This document shows positions 19,462 to 29,834 of a DNA stretch of 56,979 nt, one piece after another. The notes beneath the pieces were generated by a model. The model searched no databases and had not been told where the DNA came from. It saw nothing but the letters and a program-made list of their open reading frames with translations. Source of the DNA: Armatimonadota bacterium (GTDB taxonomy: Bacteria; Armatimonadota; Armatimonadia; Armatimonadales; Armatimonadaceae); NCBI GenBank assembly GCA_043754515.1, contig JAYUUO010000035.1, forward strand, positions 1 to 56,979. The letters run 5' to 3'. The first letter of the stretch is position 1. Each line of letters opens with the position of its first letter. The translations under genes and the position numbers were made by a program.

Positions 19462-20964
19462 TCACTCCGCATGAAGTTCGACATCATCATCGCCGGTGCC
19501 GTGATCGTCGGTGCCATTCTCACTTACGCTATGAACGTCGCCCGTCGGAGCGTTGTAGCGAAGTGGATCGGAGCCAGACACCGAGAACGGATCAGTAGGC
19601 ACACTCTTCAGGTAGGGGTTCGTTCCCCCGGTCAGCACGGCAAGCGAAGCCGGGGACGCACCGCCGTGCTCTCCCTTGTAAGCCTGCACCGCGAGCCGCC
19701 CGAGCAGGACGTGGTTCCACGTCGTCTTAACTACGAAATGTCGCAAAGCGCGGGTGGTGTCGGGAGCAATCATGTGTACGAGCGGGTTCGCCGACGGTTT
19801 TACTTCGCCGAGTTTCTTCGCCGACTGATAGGGAATTTTGCCCCGGCCGATTATGATGTCGAACTGCGACGCGAGATCGTTCACAATGCCCTGCTTGGTG
19901 AACCACATCATCGAGCCGTCATAAGCGAGTTCATCGGCCACTTTCCTGGTCGGTTCCGTGAGGCTACCAAAGGCAAAGTCACTCATCCCCGCGAAACTAC
20001 GCTCGTGGTACAGTTCTTTGACTATCTCGTATTGCATGTCACGCTCATATGTCATCATCTGGGAGAATCCGACCTGGTTTGTTAGAACCGTCTCCAGTCG
20101 TTTCGCTCCAGCCCGCGCGTCGGAGGCGGACAAATCGGCCACGTGCTTCATCCCCTCTTTCGCGCCGATCCCCTGGATGAGGACGCCGATCATTCCGTCA
20201 ATGATCATATGTCCCTGTCCGGTATCAACCCCGAGGCGGACTGTATCCAGCGACGACTCCATCGCCCCCACGTAGTCGCCCTGGTGGCCACGGTAGCTCG
20301 CGTCCGCCGCGAGTAATCGCGACATCTCCCGGAGCACAATGAAGTTCGGGACGGGGCGGCTGAGTCCCTGTCCTTTGAAAGGGTTCGAACTGTAGTAGTT
20401 AGTCTGGTGTTCGGGACAAAATGGGTAATTCATCCCCTGCCGGAGCAGGGCGAACGCCGGTTGCGCGACGGCGAGCGGTGCTTTCTGCACCGAGGCGGGC
20501 GCGTCCTTCAAGGTTAGGGTGTTGTAATCGGCATCCAGTGCCTTGTTCACCGCCTCTAGATCGAGGGCGTCGCCTGCCGCCATGTAGAACGTAGCCGCGT
20601 TTGGTTGCTTCAGCGTCCCCCACTTCGGCACGGCGTTCGACGGGTAGACCCCCTGCCCGGCCGGATACGTCGGCTCCTGATTAGCAACGAACCACCGCCC
20701 ACCCGCCGCGAGCGAGACCGCTAGCGTCACGTACGCGAGTCGGCGGGCGCGGACGATTCGCTCACGCGGGGTCAATCCGCGACGAGCGTGCTGTCGCTTC
20801 GCGCTCACCATCCCGTTAGCCATGGCCATGGTCGAAACTGCCTCGGATGCGTTCGTGGCGACGCTCAACGGAGCAGACTCCGCGACGGCCGCCAACGGGG
20901 AGGGGTCATATGCAACGACGGACGGGGCGCGGGATTCTTCTTTGGCGTGAAAAAGCGAACGCAT
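19462..20964 (-). CDS. membrane-anchored protein with C-terminal GspG-like motif
   Basis: TM segment; AY..EHG..PASL..L...YLKSVPTDPF...LRY...HSV..NG.DD.G.GDD; AAGGAG RBS. Confidence 0.75.
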   Translation of the reverse strand: MRSLFHAKEESRAPSVVAYDPSPLAAVAESAPLSVATNASEAVSTMAMANGMVSAKRQHARRGLTPRERIVRARRLAYVTLAVSLAAGGRWFVANQEPTYPAGQGVYPSNAVPKWGTLKQPNAATFYMAAGDALDLEAVNKALDADYNTLTLKDAPASVQKAPLAVAQPAFALLRQGMNYPFCPEHQTNYYSSNPFKGQGLSRPVPNFIVLREMSRLLAADASYRGHQGDYVGAMESSLDTVRLGVDTGQGHMIIDGMIGVLIQGIGAKEGMKHVADLSASDARAGAKRLETVLTNQVGFSQMMTYERDMQYEIVKELYHERSFAGMSDFAFGSLTEPTRKVADELAYDGSMMWFTKQGIVNDLASQFDIIIGRGKIPYQSAKKLGEVKPSANPLVHMIAPDTTRALRHFVVKTTWNHVLLGRLAVQAYKGEHGGASPASLAVLTGGTNPYLKSVPTDPFSVSGSDPLRYNAPTGDVHSVSENGTDDHGTGDDDVELHAE

Positions 20965-21033
20965 AGGGGCACGGTCTCCTTGATATAAACCTATTTATAG
21001 CAAGGAACGTGCCAACGCGCGACACGGTGTTTA

Positions 21034-21058
21034 CCTCCCGGAACCGGGATCCGGGAGG
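21034..21058 (-). terminator. hairpin after clpC
   Basis: CCTCCCGGA/TCCGGGAGG 9-bp stem about 10 nt past the stop. Confidence 0.55.
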
Positions 21059-21067
21059 CTTCCAAAG

Positions 21068-23542
21068 TTACGCGGCGAACGCCTTATCTATCTGCGTCTC
21101 GCGCGTCACGCCAGGGACGAGGAGGCGCGGGACGAGTTTTCCGTTCGCCCCGACATCCACAATCACGGTGTCCCCATTCTGGAACTCCCCGCGCAGGATG
21201 GCCGACGCGATCGGGTTGTCCACCATGCGTTGCACCGTGCGCCGGAGCGGGCGCGCCCCGAAGAGCGGGTCGTAACCATACTCGACCAGCGCGGCTTTCG
21301 CGGGGCCTGTCACCTGGAGCGTCATCTCTCGCTCCGCGAGAGCCTTTTCCGTCCCGCGCAGGACGAGGGCAACGATCTCGCCGATCTGCGCGCGGTTCAG
21401 CGCGTGAAACACGATCACTTCGTCAATCCGGTTGAGTAGTTCCGGCCGCAACTGACCGCGTAGTTCGCTATAAACCGAGACCGACATCTTTTCGTACAGC
21501 CGCTGGGCTTCCTCCGGAGACGCGTCCGCCGGGATCGCCTCGATTAGGTGCGACCCGATGTTCGACGTCATAATAATCACCGTGTTCTTGAAGTTGACCA
21601 CGCGCCCCTGCCCGTCAGTCAGCCGCCCGTCGTCCAACACCTGCAACAGCACGTTCCAAACATCCGGGTGCGCCTTCTCGATCTCGTCGAGCAGGATCAC
21701 CCGGTACGGGCGACGCCGCACCGCCTCGGTGAGTTGCCCGCCTTCCTCGTAGCCGACGTAGCCGGGCGGTGCTCCTATCAGCCGGGCCACAGTATGCTTT
21801 TCCATGTACTCGGACATGTCCACGCGCACCATCGCCGTCTCGTCGTCGAACAGGAACTCGGCGAGTGCCTTCGCAAGCTCCGTCTTGCCGACGCCGGTCG
21901 GGCCGAGGAACAGGAACGAACCGATGGGACGGCGTGGGTCGGACAGGCCCGCCCGAGACCGCCGCACCGCGTCCGCGACCGCCGTGATGGCCGCATCCTG
22001 CCCGATCACCCGCTCATGCAGATGCGTTTCCAGTTCCAGCAGTTTACGCGCCTCGCCGGACAGCATCCGCGCCGCCGGTATCCCAGTCATCTTGGCTACA
22101 ATCCCGGCAATGTCGTTCTCGTCCACCACGGAATCACGCCCCGTTTCCGCGACCCACTTCTCCCGCTCCCGCGTGAAGGTCGCGCGTAGCTCGCGCTCCT
22201 CGTCACGCAACTGCGCGGCCCGCTCGTACTCGCGTGCGTCCGCCGCCGCCTTGCCCTGCGCAACCAGTTCGGCAAGCCGCGCCTCCGTCCCCTTCAGGCT
22301 GGTCGGCATGCTCGACATCTGGATGCGCACCTTGGACGACGCCTCGTCAATCAGGTCAATCGCCTTATCCGGCAGAAACCGCTCCGTGATGTAGCGCGAC
22401 GAGAGCTTGACCGCCGCGACCACGGCATCATCCGTGATCTTGACATGGTGGTGCGCCTCGTAGCGATCCCGCAAACCCTTCAGGATCGCGATGGTATCGT
22501 CCACGGACGGCTCCCCGACCAGAATCGGCTGAAACCGACGCTCCAGTGCCGCGTCTTTCTCGATATTCTTACGGTACTCGTCTAGAGTCGTCGCGCCGAT
22601 ACATTGCAATTCGCCACGCGCCAGTGCAGGCTTCATCATGTTCGACGCGTCCATCGCCCCTTCCGCCGCGCCCGCCCCGACCACCGTGTGAAGCTCGTCA
22701 ATAAACAAGACGATCTTGCCGGACGCCTTTTTTACCTCGTCCATGACGCCCTTCAGCCGCTCCTCGAACTCGCCGCGGAACTTCGCGCCCGCGATCAGGG
22801 AGCCGAGGTCGAGCGACAACAACGTGCGGTCACGAAGCGACTCCGGTACGTCATTCGCCACGATCTTGCGCGCCAAACCTTCCACGATGGCGGTCTTGCC
22901 GACACCCGGATCGCCGATCAGCACCGGGTTGTTTTTCGTTCGGCGCGACAATACCTGCACGACGCGGGTGATCTCCTCGTCGCGCCCGATCACCGGGTCA
23001 ATCTTCCCCTCCCGAGCCAGCGCGGTCAAATCGCGGGCGTATTTAGCGAGGAGTTGGCTCTTCGGCTCCGGCCCCGCGTCCGTGTTCTTCTTGTCGCCGC
23101 GAATCTGTTGCAGGGCGCGGTAGATCTGCTCCTCGGTGATCCGCGATTGGGTGAGAATCTGTGCCGCAGGAGCGTCCCCATCTTTGAGTATCCCCAGAAG
23201 CAGATGCTCGACCCCGACGGACTCGTCCTTTAGCCGCTTCGCCTCGGTGTCCGCGAGGTCGAGAATGCGCTTGAACCGCGGGGTCATATAAATCTGCTGT
23301 TCGCCGCCCCGATCCGCCGAGTATACCTTCGGGGTCCGGGCGAGTGTTTCCTCAAGTCGGCGCAGGATGGTCGCCCGATCCGCCCCGACGCGCTCCACTA
23401 TCTGACTCGCCAGTCCATCCTCCTGCTCCAGTAGAGAAAGGAGAAGATGCTCAGCGTCCATCTGCGTGTGCTTATAACGGCGCAATACTTCCTGCGAATC
23501 GTATATCGCGCTCCGGGCGCGATCCGTGTAATCTTCAAACAT
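21068..23542 (-). CDS. clpC: ClpC-type AAA+ chaperone
   Basis: Clp-N repeats, [11 protein letters not shown]-like short middle domain ([10 protein letters not shown]), [15 protein letters not shown]. Confidence 0.85.
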   Translation of the reverse strand: MFEDYTDRARSAIYDSQEVLRRYKHTQMDAEHLLLSLLEQEDGLASQIVERVGADRATILRRLEETLARTPKVYSADRGGEQQIYMTPRFKRILDLADTEAKRLKDESVGVEHLLLGILKDGDAPAAQILTQSRITEEQIYRALQQIRGDKKNTDAGPEPKSQLLAKYARDLTALAREGKIDPVIGRDEEITRVVQVLSRRTKNNPVLIGDPGVGKTAIVEGLARKIVANDVPESLRDRTLLSLDLGSLIAGAKFRGEFEERLKGVMDEVKKASGKIVLFIDELHTVVGAGAAEGAMDASNMMKPALARGELQCIGATTLDEYRKNIEKDAALERRFQPILVGEPSVDDTIAILKGLRDRYEAHHHVKITDDAVVAAVKLSSRYITERFLPDKAIDLIDEASSKVRIQMSSMPTSLKGTEARLAELVAQGKAAADAREYERAAQLRDEERELRATFTREREKWVAETGRDSVVDENDIAGIVAKMTGIPAARMLSGEARKLLELETHLHERVIGQDAAITAVADAVRRSRAGLSDPRRPIGSFLFLGPTGVGKTELAKALAEFLFDDETAMVRVDMSEYMEKHTVARLIGAPPGYVGYEEGGQLTEAVRRRPYRVILLDEIEKAHPDVWNVLLQVLDDGRLTDGQGRVVNFKNTVIIMTSNIGSHLIEAIPADASPEEAQRLYEKMSVSVYSELRGQLRPELLNRIDEVIVFHALNRAQIGEIVALVLRGTEKALAEREMTLQVTGPAKAALVEYGYDPLFGARPLRRTVQRMVDNPIASAILRGEFQNGDTVIVDVGANGKLVPRLLVPGVTRETQIDKAFAA

Positions 23543-23864
23543 CGTCCGTCTCTCCTTTCTCCCGCACCGCGTCCATCTCGCGTTGCAGAAGATCCATCCG
23601 CTCCAGTAAATCCAGTATAATCTGCACACCCGCCAGGTTGACGCCCATCTGTTGCGTCAGGTTCTGTATGCGACGCAACCGCTCGATGTCGCGCTCCGAA
23701 TACAGCCTATTTTTCCCCACGCGCTGGGGGCGCACCAGCCCCTCGCGCTCATACATGCGGAGTGTCTGCGGATGCAAAGGCGGTTCATCACCCTTCTCGC
23801 GCCGCACCAGACGCGCCGCTATCGAAATGGTGTAGACCGGCTCGTCGGAAAACGGGTTCGTCAT
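23535..23864 (-). CDS. hspR: HspR-like MerR-family heat-shock repressor
   Basis: PVYTISIAA...HPQTLRMYEREGL...RLYSERD...GVNLAGV; operon position after dnaJ. Confidence 0.9.
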   Translation of the reverse strand: MTNPFSDEPVYTISIAARLVRREKGDEPPLHPQTLRMYEREGLVRPQRVGKNRLYSERDIERLRRIQNLTQQMGVNLAGVQIILDLLERMDLLQREMDAVREKGETDDV

Positions 23865-24856
23865 GTCGCGCCCCCTTCCCGAAACCCTCTCAGTTCCTTC
23901 ATCAGTTCGCTCTCGCGCTCCGAGAGCGACTTCGGCACCGTGATCTTAACACGGGCGTACAGGTCACCGAACCCGCCGCCCGATTTGAGCCGCGGCATTC
24001 CCTGACCCCCGAGCCGAAGGGACTGCCCGGACTGCACCCCGGCGGGGAGGCGCATCGTCAGGCGCGTACCCTTGGGCGTCGGCACTTTCACCTCGCCGCC
24101 TAGCGCGGCGTCGTAGAACGGCACCGACACGTCCGTATACAGGTCGTCGCCTTTGCGCTCGAACACGTCGCTGGGCGCGATCTGGACGATTAAGTAAAGG
24201 TCGCCGTTTCCAGCGGATCCCGCCATGCCCTGGCCGGAGACGCGGATCTTCTGCCCCCCGGCCACGCCCGCGGGTATCTTCACCTCGACCCGCTTCACGT
24301 TGCCCCCGCCCTGCGCGTCGTATCGCGAATCCCCCGCGATGTTCAGGCTCTTCGTGACCCCGGCGTACGCCTCTTCGATCGAGATCGTCAAACCCGCTTC
24401 CGTGTCCGCGCCGCGCTGGGGGGCCTGACGCATCCCCGCGCCGAAGGGGGACGCGCCGCCGCGCCGCCCCCCGCCTGTCTGATCCCCGAAGAGCGAGGCG
24501 AAGAACTCATTCATGTCGCCGAACTGAGAAGGATCGCCGGAATACTCGACGCGGTACCCACCCGGCTGCGCCCCGCCCATCCCGCCGCCGGGGAAGCCGC
24601 CCCCCGTCTGCGAATAAGCCTTCCACTGGTCGCCGAACTGGTCGTACTTGCTCCGCTTATCGGGCTTGGACAGCACGTCGTAAGCTTCCTGCATCTCCTT
24701 GAACTTGTCCTCACTCCCTTTGTCACCGGGGTTGACATCCGGGTGATACTTCCGGGCAAGCTTTCGGTACGCGGTCTTGATCTCTTTTTCGGTCGCCGTT
24801 TTCGAGACGCCGAGCGTCTGATAATAGTCTTTATATTTCGGAGCCGTCGCCGCCAT
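23861..24856 (-). CDS. dnaJ: class B DnaJ/CbpA-like co-chaperone (no Zn finger)
   Basis: KDYY...HPD J-domain, G/F-rich linker, C-terminal domain, no CxxCxGxG. Confidence 0.9.
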   Translation of the reverse strand: MAATAPKYKDYYQTLGVSKTATEKEIKTAYRKLARKYHPDVNPGDKGSEDKFKEMQEAYDVLSKPDKRSKYDQFGDQWKAYSQTGGGFPGGGMGGAQPGGYRVEYSGDPSQFGDMNEFFASLFGDQTGGGRRGGASPFGAGMRQAPQRGADTEAGLTISIEEAYAGVTKSLNIAGDSRYDAQGGGNVKRVEVKIPAGVAGGQKIRVSGQGMAGSAGNGDLYLIVQIAPSDVFERKGDDLYTDVSVPFYDAALGGEVKVPTPKGTRLTMRLPAGVQSGQSLRLGGQGMPRLKSGGGFGDLYARVKITVPKSLSERESELMKELRGFREGGAT

Positions 24857-24893
24857 TCGTTGCCGCCTCTTGTTCACGCCAACGCGCAAACCA

Positions 24894-24942
24894 CCTTAGT
24901 TTAATACACTCATATTGTAGCACAATTTACGGGGCTTTGCTA
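24894..24942 (-). promoter_or_regulatory. internal promoter with HAIR-like operator
   Basis: CCTTAGT-N7-ACTCATA (24894-24914) next to TAGCAA-N17-TACAAT with extended TG. Confidence 0.6.
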
Positions 24943-25070
24943 GTCGCGCCAAAGCCCCTCTTTATCAGTCCCGGACGGTTCACCGGGGCTTACATCCCGC
25001 CCTCACCTTCAACACCCCACAAATAGACGCCAGCTGTCCGCTACGAAGACGAACCCTCGCCCGTCGCCGC

Positions 25071-25213
25071 CTAACTCGCGCCAGACTCGCCATTGTTCGT
25101 CGCGGGCACCTGTACCGCGTCCGAACCGTGTGCCACAACCTACACCTTGCGCGGCTTATTAGCCCGCGACTTCGGCAGATGGATCTCCAGCACCCGTCGT
25201 TTTTCGCTTTCAC
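25071..25213 (-). pseudogene. Hsp20 small heat-shock protein C-terminal remnant
   Basis: VKAKNDG/(frameshift)VLEIHLPKSRANKPRKV*V. Confidence 0.7.
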
Positions 25214-25271
25214 GAACCGAGCCCGCCGGGTGACGCGGGACTTATCCCGCGCCACCCGACCTGCTCACCCC

Positions 25272-27134
25272 TCACTTGGTCTCATTGAACTCCGCGTCAA
25301 TCACGTCGTCGCCCGCCTTGTGCCCTGTTCCCGCCGTGTTGAAGTCAGCGGCGTTGTACGCCTGGGTCGTGTCCGGGTTCGCCGGTCCCGCGCCCTCCGC
25401 GCCCGCGCCCTGATACAGTCGGCTCGAGAACGAATACGACGCCTCCTGCAAGTTCGCGGTCGCGGTCGCGATCCGGCTCTCGTCGTCGGTCTCGACGGCG
25501 GATCGCAATTCCGCGATCTTGCCTTCGATGTCCGTACGCTCGTCCGCCGTAACCTTATCGCCCAGATCTTTGAGTGTTCGCTCCGTAGATAGGATCAGCT
25601 GGTCCGCCTTGTTGCGCGTCTCCGCCTTCTCCTTAAACTGGCGGTCCGCCTCCGCATTTTCGGCGGCCTCGCGCACCATACGCTCGACGTCCGTTTTTGA
25701 CAGGTTGCTCGAACCGGTCACCACGATAGACTGCTCCTTGCCGGTGCCCTGATCCTTCGCTGATACCTTGACGATGCCGTTCGCGTCAATATCGAACGTC
25801 ACCTCGATTTTCGGCACTCCGCGTGGGGCCGACGGTATGCCCGATAGCTGGAAATCACCGAGGACCTTATTATGCGACGCGATCTCGCGCTCGCCCTGGA
25901 ACACCTTGACATGCACATCGGTTTGGCCATCCGCCGCCGTGGAGAACGTCTCGCTCTTCTTGGTCGGGATCGTCGTGTTGCGCTCGATGAGCTTCGTCAT
26001 CACCCCGCCCAGTGTCTCGATGCCCAAGGAGAGCGGCGTCACGTCGAGGAGCACGATGCCCTTGACTTCCTTATTCAGAACACCCGCCTGCACCGCCGCG
26101 CCGACCGCGACCACCTCATCCGGGTTTACCGAACGGTTCGGGTCCTTGCCGGTCATCTCGCGTACCAGATCCTGCACCGCGGGGATGCGGGTCGAGCCAC
26201 CGACCATGATCACCTCGTCCAGATCGCCGACTTTCAAGTTCGCGTCCGTCAGAGCCTGCTCGACTGACTTGCGGGTGCGCTCGACCAGATCCTTCGTGAT
26301 GTCGTCGAACTTGGCGCGCGTCATGGTGACGTCCAGATGAAGAGGACCGTCCTGGTTCGCGGTGATGAACGGCAAGTTGATGTTCGTAGTCATCGCCGCT
26401 GATAGTTCGATCTTGGCCTTCTCCGCCGATTCGCGCAAACGCTGTGCCGCGTTCTTATCCTTGCCAAGATCAACGCCATTCTCTTTCTTGAACTCGTCCA
26501 CAAGATACGTTACGATACGCGCGTCGAAGTCGTCGCCGCCGAGGCGCGTGTCGCCCGACGTAGACTTGACCTCGAAAAGACCGTCCTCAATCTCCAGCAC
26601 CGTCACGTCGAACGTCCCGCCTCCCAAGTCGTACACGAGAATAGTCTCGCGCTCCTTTTTATCCACGCCATAAGCAAGCGCGGCGGCGGTCGGCTCGTTG
26701 ATGATGCGGAGCACCTTCAAACCCGCGATCTCGCCCGCCTGCGTCGTCGCCGTGCGCTGGGCGTCGTTGAAGTACGCGGGAACCGTGATAACGGCCTGCG
26801 TCACCGGCTCGCCGAGGTAAGCCTCCGCGTCCGCCTTCAACTTCTGCAAAATCATCGCCGAGATCTGCTCCGGCGAGTACGGCGTGCCGTCAATGGTGGT
26901 GCGATGCGAGGTGCCCATCTGCCGCTTAATAGACACGATGGTGCGGTCCGGGTTCAAAACGGCCTGCCGTTTTGCCGGTGCACCGACCAGTTTCTCGCCC
27001 TGCTTATTAAACCCAACAATACTAGGCGTGGTACGCGCGCCTTCCGCGTTCGGGATCACGACCGGGTCACCGTTCTCGATCACCGCGACCACGGAATTCG
27101 TGGTTCCTAAATCAATACCGACTGTCTTTGCCAT
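25272..27134 (-). CDS. dnaK: chaperone DnaK
   Basis: [43 protein letters not shown]. Confidence 0.99.
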   Translation of the reverse strand: MAKTVGIDLGTTNSVVAVIENGDPVVIPNAEGARTTPSIVGFNKQGEKLVGAPAKRQAVLNPDRTIVSIKRQMGTSHRTTIDGTPYSPEQISAMILQKLKADAEAYLGEPVTQAVITVPAYFNDAQRTATTQAGEIAGLKVLRIINEPTAAALAYGVDKKERETILVYDLGGGTFDVTVLEIEDGLFEVKSTSGDTRLGGDDFDARIVTYLVDEFKKENGVDLGKDKNAAQRLRESAEKAKIELSAAMTTNINLPFITANQDGPLHLDVTMTRAKFDDITKDLVERTRKSVEQALTDANLKVGDLDEVIMVGGSTRIPAVQDLVREMTGKDPNRSVNPDEVVAVGAAVQAGVLNKEVKGIVLLDVTPLSLGIETLGGVMTKLIERNTTIPTKKSETFSTAADGQTDVHVKVFQGEREIASHNKVLGDFQLSGIPSAPRGVPKIEVTFDIDANGIVKVSAKDQGTGKEQSIVVTGSSNLSKTDVERMVREAAENAEADRQFKEKAETRNKADQLILSTERTLKDLGDKVTADERTDIEGKIAELRSAVETDDESRIATATANLQEASYSFSSRLYQGAGAEGAGPANPDTTQAYNAADFNTAGTGHKAGDDVIDAEFNETK

Positions 27135-27218
27135 GTCTAAAAGTCCTTGCTTGCGCTGGTTGCGCGAAACGTTTCCCGTTCTAGTTACGCAACCGACACC
27201 GGAAAGTTCCTACGTTGT

Positions 27219-27248
27219 GTTATACCACTTTAGCCTAATGCAGTCAAG
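27219..27248 (-). promoter_or_regulatory. dnaK sigma70 promoter overlapped by HAIR operator
   Basis: TTGACT-N17-TATAAC; CTTTAGC-N7-AGTCAAG (27228-48) versus HAIR consensus CTTGAGT-N7-ACTCAAG. Confidence 0.8.
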
Positions 27249-27308
27249 TATCTTACGAGTTATTTTCTTGTAGTTCCTTGTATAATGATTTCGATAAGGA
27301 GTCGAACC

Positions 27309-27963
27309 ATGTCAACGAAATTAGGCGCGGCGACAACCACAAATGCGCCGCAACCTAAAGAATTTTCGCGGGAGCGTACTGGGTCATTACGCATCTATCC
27401 GGGATCGTTCCTGCGCTGGACAGACGACGGGTTCTTCGACTTCTGTCGCCGGAACAGTCAGTGGCGCATCGAGCGGAATGCTGACGGAGAAATCGAAATA
27501 ATGGAACCGAGCGGATGGGAGAGCGGCACGATGAGCGGCGAAGGTTTTTTTCAGACGAAAGCCTGGGCGAATGATGACGGCACGGGCAAGGTCGCCGATT
27601 CGTCCACGGGCTTCGTACTCCCGAATACCGCCACGCGCGCCGGACGCCGCGTGGGTATCCCGCTCACGCCTCGACCTGATCCCGAAGGAGCAGCGCAAGA
27701 AGTTTCTGCCGCTCTGTCCAGACTTCGTCCTGGAGATCACATCCCCCTCAGATAGCCTTGAGGAGACAAAACTGAAGATGGCCGATTACCTCGAGAATGG
27801 TCTTCGGCTCGGAGTCCTCATCCATCCACAGACGCGGGAGGTCTGGGTGTACCGCCCCAGCGCGTCGCCCGTCAAGTATGACGACCCGCCGACCGTCTCA
27901 TGCGAGCCGGAGATGCGCGGCTTCGTCCTCGACATTCAGAAAATTTTGAACGCCGACGACTGA
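27309..27963 (+). pseudogene. Uma2/DUF820 endonuclease-fold gene, frameshifted
   Basis: WRIERNADGEI...DSSTGFVLPN.ATRA then PDAAWV...CPDFVLEITSPSD...Y.ENG in another frame; one CG unit missing at about 27634-40. Confidence 0.85.
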
Positions 27964-28042
27964 CACGGCGGTGACAATATTGCAATGAAACGCGTCTTTT
28001 GTGTATAGAAGGTATATATAGAACCGCCAGAAAGACACTGCC

Positions 28043-28912
28043 ATGATCCGAAACTCTATTCTAGTTGCCGCCGTTACTCTCGCCGCTTTGGGGAGCGGCG
28101 TCACCACTGTTTTCGCGCAAGACACCGCCCCGGCCACCCGTGTTCCGGATGCCACCGCGACGCCCGCCCCCCGACAGAAAACACCGACCCGCACGCTGAA
28201 AGAAGTGCTGAAGAGACTACAGGAAGGCGCGGGCCCCGACGCGCGCGTCACCGCCGATTCCACGTTGCTAGGCGTAAGCGTTCCCCTGCCCGCCGACCCC
28301 ACCACGCCCGCGAACCTGGACTCTCAGTTAGCCGCGCTCGCGGGGTCGCTCCCCAAAGGCACCGTCTGGGCGAAACTGTACCTGCCCGCGGCGGACGCCC
28401 ATGCCTACAAAGGGGATGACCTGTCCGATTTCGCGGTCGCGCAGTCGCGCCTCTTCGGTACCGTAGTCGGCACGCCCAGCGGGTCGGTCGAGGTTCTAGG
28501 TAGGATGTTGCCCGCAGACAAGGCGCAAGCCGTGATTGACGCCCTTAACCTGAAGCCTGTTTATTTGCTTTCGAACCCGCAGGTGAAAGCGGTCGCGGGA
28601 GGGGACGCCGCCGCGTGGTTGAAACTCACTGACGAGCAGAAGGGCGCGTTCGCGAAGACCGAGGCGCAAAAGCGTCTCAATATGGGACCCGAGGCGTTCG
28701 GCAAAGAGTTCTCTAGCTACGTCGGCCAGCAGGCAGCCGTCATGGGGCAGATGTTCCAGATGATGACGCCCGAACAGCGCGACTCGTACCGGCAGGCAAT
28801 GATGGACTCATTCCGCAACAGCGGGGGGAACATGATGTGGGGCCGTGGCGGAATGGGTGGGCCACCACGAGGAAACGGTGGTCTGGGTGTGCCGCCCGCA
28901 CCGATCCAGTAG
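28043..28912 (+). CDS. secreted hypothetical protein
   Basis: Signal peptide (VFA-Q); 289 aa; Gly-rich tail. Confidence 0.8.
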   Translation: MIRNSILVAAVTLAALGSGVTTVFAQDTAPATRVPDATATPAPRQKTPTRTLKEVLKRLQEGAGPDARVTADSTLLGVSVPLPADPTTPANLDSQLAALAGSLPKGTVWAKLYLPAADAHAYKGDDLSDFAVAQSRLFGTVVGTPSGSVEVLGRMLPADKAQAVIDALNLKPVYLLSNPQVKAVAGGDAAAWLKLTDEQKGAFAKTEAQKRLNMGPEAFGKEFSSYVGQQAAVMGQMFQMMTPEQRDSYRQAMMDSFRNSGGNMMWGRGGMGGPPRGNGGLGVPPAPIQ

Positions 28913-28966
28913 CAACCGACTCGTGACGGATCAGGCGCAGCGGACGTTAGTCAGCCGCGCCTGTTT

Positions 28967-29434
28967 TCATACCTCCGGAACGCGGTTCGCGGTGTGTGTA
29001 GCCTCGCCTACAGCCGTGCTGACCATGACGAAGTGCCCGCCGATACCGGCAACATCGAATTCGGCACCCTCTTTAGCCCAGCCGCACCGCTCGTAGAAGC
29101 CGACCGCCGCCGCGCGGGCGTTGCACCAGAGGCGGGCGACGGCGTTCATCCGCGCGAATGACTCGGCGAAGCGGATGATGTCACGCCCCACGCCAGTGCC
29201 GCGCACGGAATCCGCCGTCCCCATTCCCCGTAGTTGCAATATACGTTCACTGTTTCGGAAGAGCGAAGCGCACCCGACGAGCGTGCCCGCTTCGGTATAT
29301 GCCCCGATATGCAAGCCATCTTCGTCAACCTGATAGATAGCGCGCGCTGACGATCTGCCCCCGTAGAGGGCGCGCATCCGCAGGTCACGCAGGGCTACGG
29401 ATTCGGCGACGAAGTCGAGGACGCGGACAGTCAC
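28967..29434 (-). CDS. GNAT N-acetyltransferase
   Basis: LRGMGT..VRGTGVG, WCNAR..AVGFYER.G. Confidence 0.9.
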   Translation of the reverse strand: MTVRVLDFVAESVALRDLRMRALYGGRSSARAIYQVDEDGLHIGAYTEAGTLVGCASLFRNSERILQLRGMGTADSVRGTGVGRDIIRFAESFARMNAVARLWCNARAAAVGFYERCGWAKEGAEFDVAGIGGHFVMVSTAVGEATHTANRVPEV

Positions 29435-29525
29435 GCTCCAGGCCGCTCTTCAACCCCGCGATCGAACGCGACTCGGTGGTGATTTGCCGTCACGGGCGAC
29501 AACGTATGTCGCACCCCGTCATCAC

Positions 29526-29819
29526 TCAAAAGCTATACGCCTTGCCGTCGCGTTGCCCAGAGCGGTGTTTTTCCGCCGCCGCGAGTGACCTCTCACCCGG
29601 CGCGTCATCCGCCTCCACAGCCGTCAAGAAATTGTCGTGCTCCGCGTTGTCCAGCGTTACGGTCGCGAACTCGGACTGCGCGGCTTCGATGCCGTGCCAC
29701 AGCACCCGCTTCAGGAATGCCTCGAACCCCTGCCCACGCTTGCGGGCTTCAGCGGTAACCATATCGGTGGTCGCTCTATTTAATGTCACCGTCACGATTT
29801 TTAGTGCCCCCAGCCTCAT
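29526..29819 (-). CDS. small RHH / DUF1778-like protein
   Basis: N-terminal beta-helix-helix pattern; VTLDNAEHDNFLTAVEADDAPGERSLAAAEKH tail. Confidence 0.55.
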   Translation of the reverse strand: MRLGALKIVTVTLNRATTDMVTAEARKRGQGFEAFLKRVLWHGIEAAQSEFATVTLDNAEHDNFLTAVEADDAPGERSLAAAEKHRSGQRDGKAYSF

Positions 29820-29834
29820 TGTACGATGTTTCCG

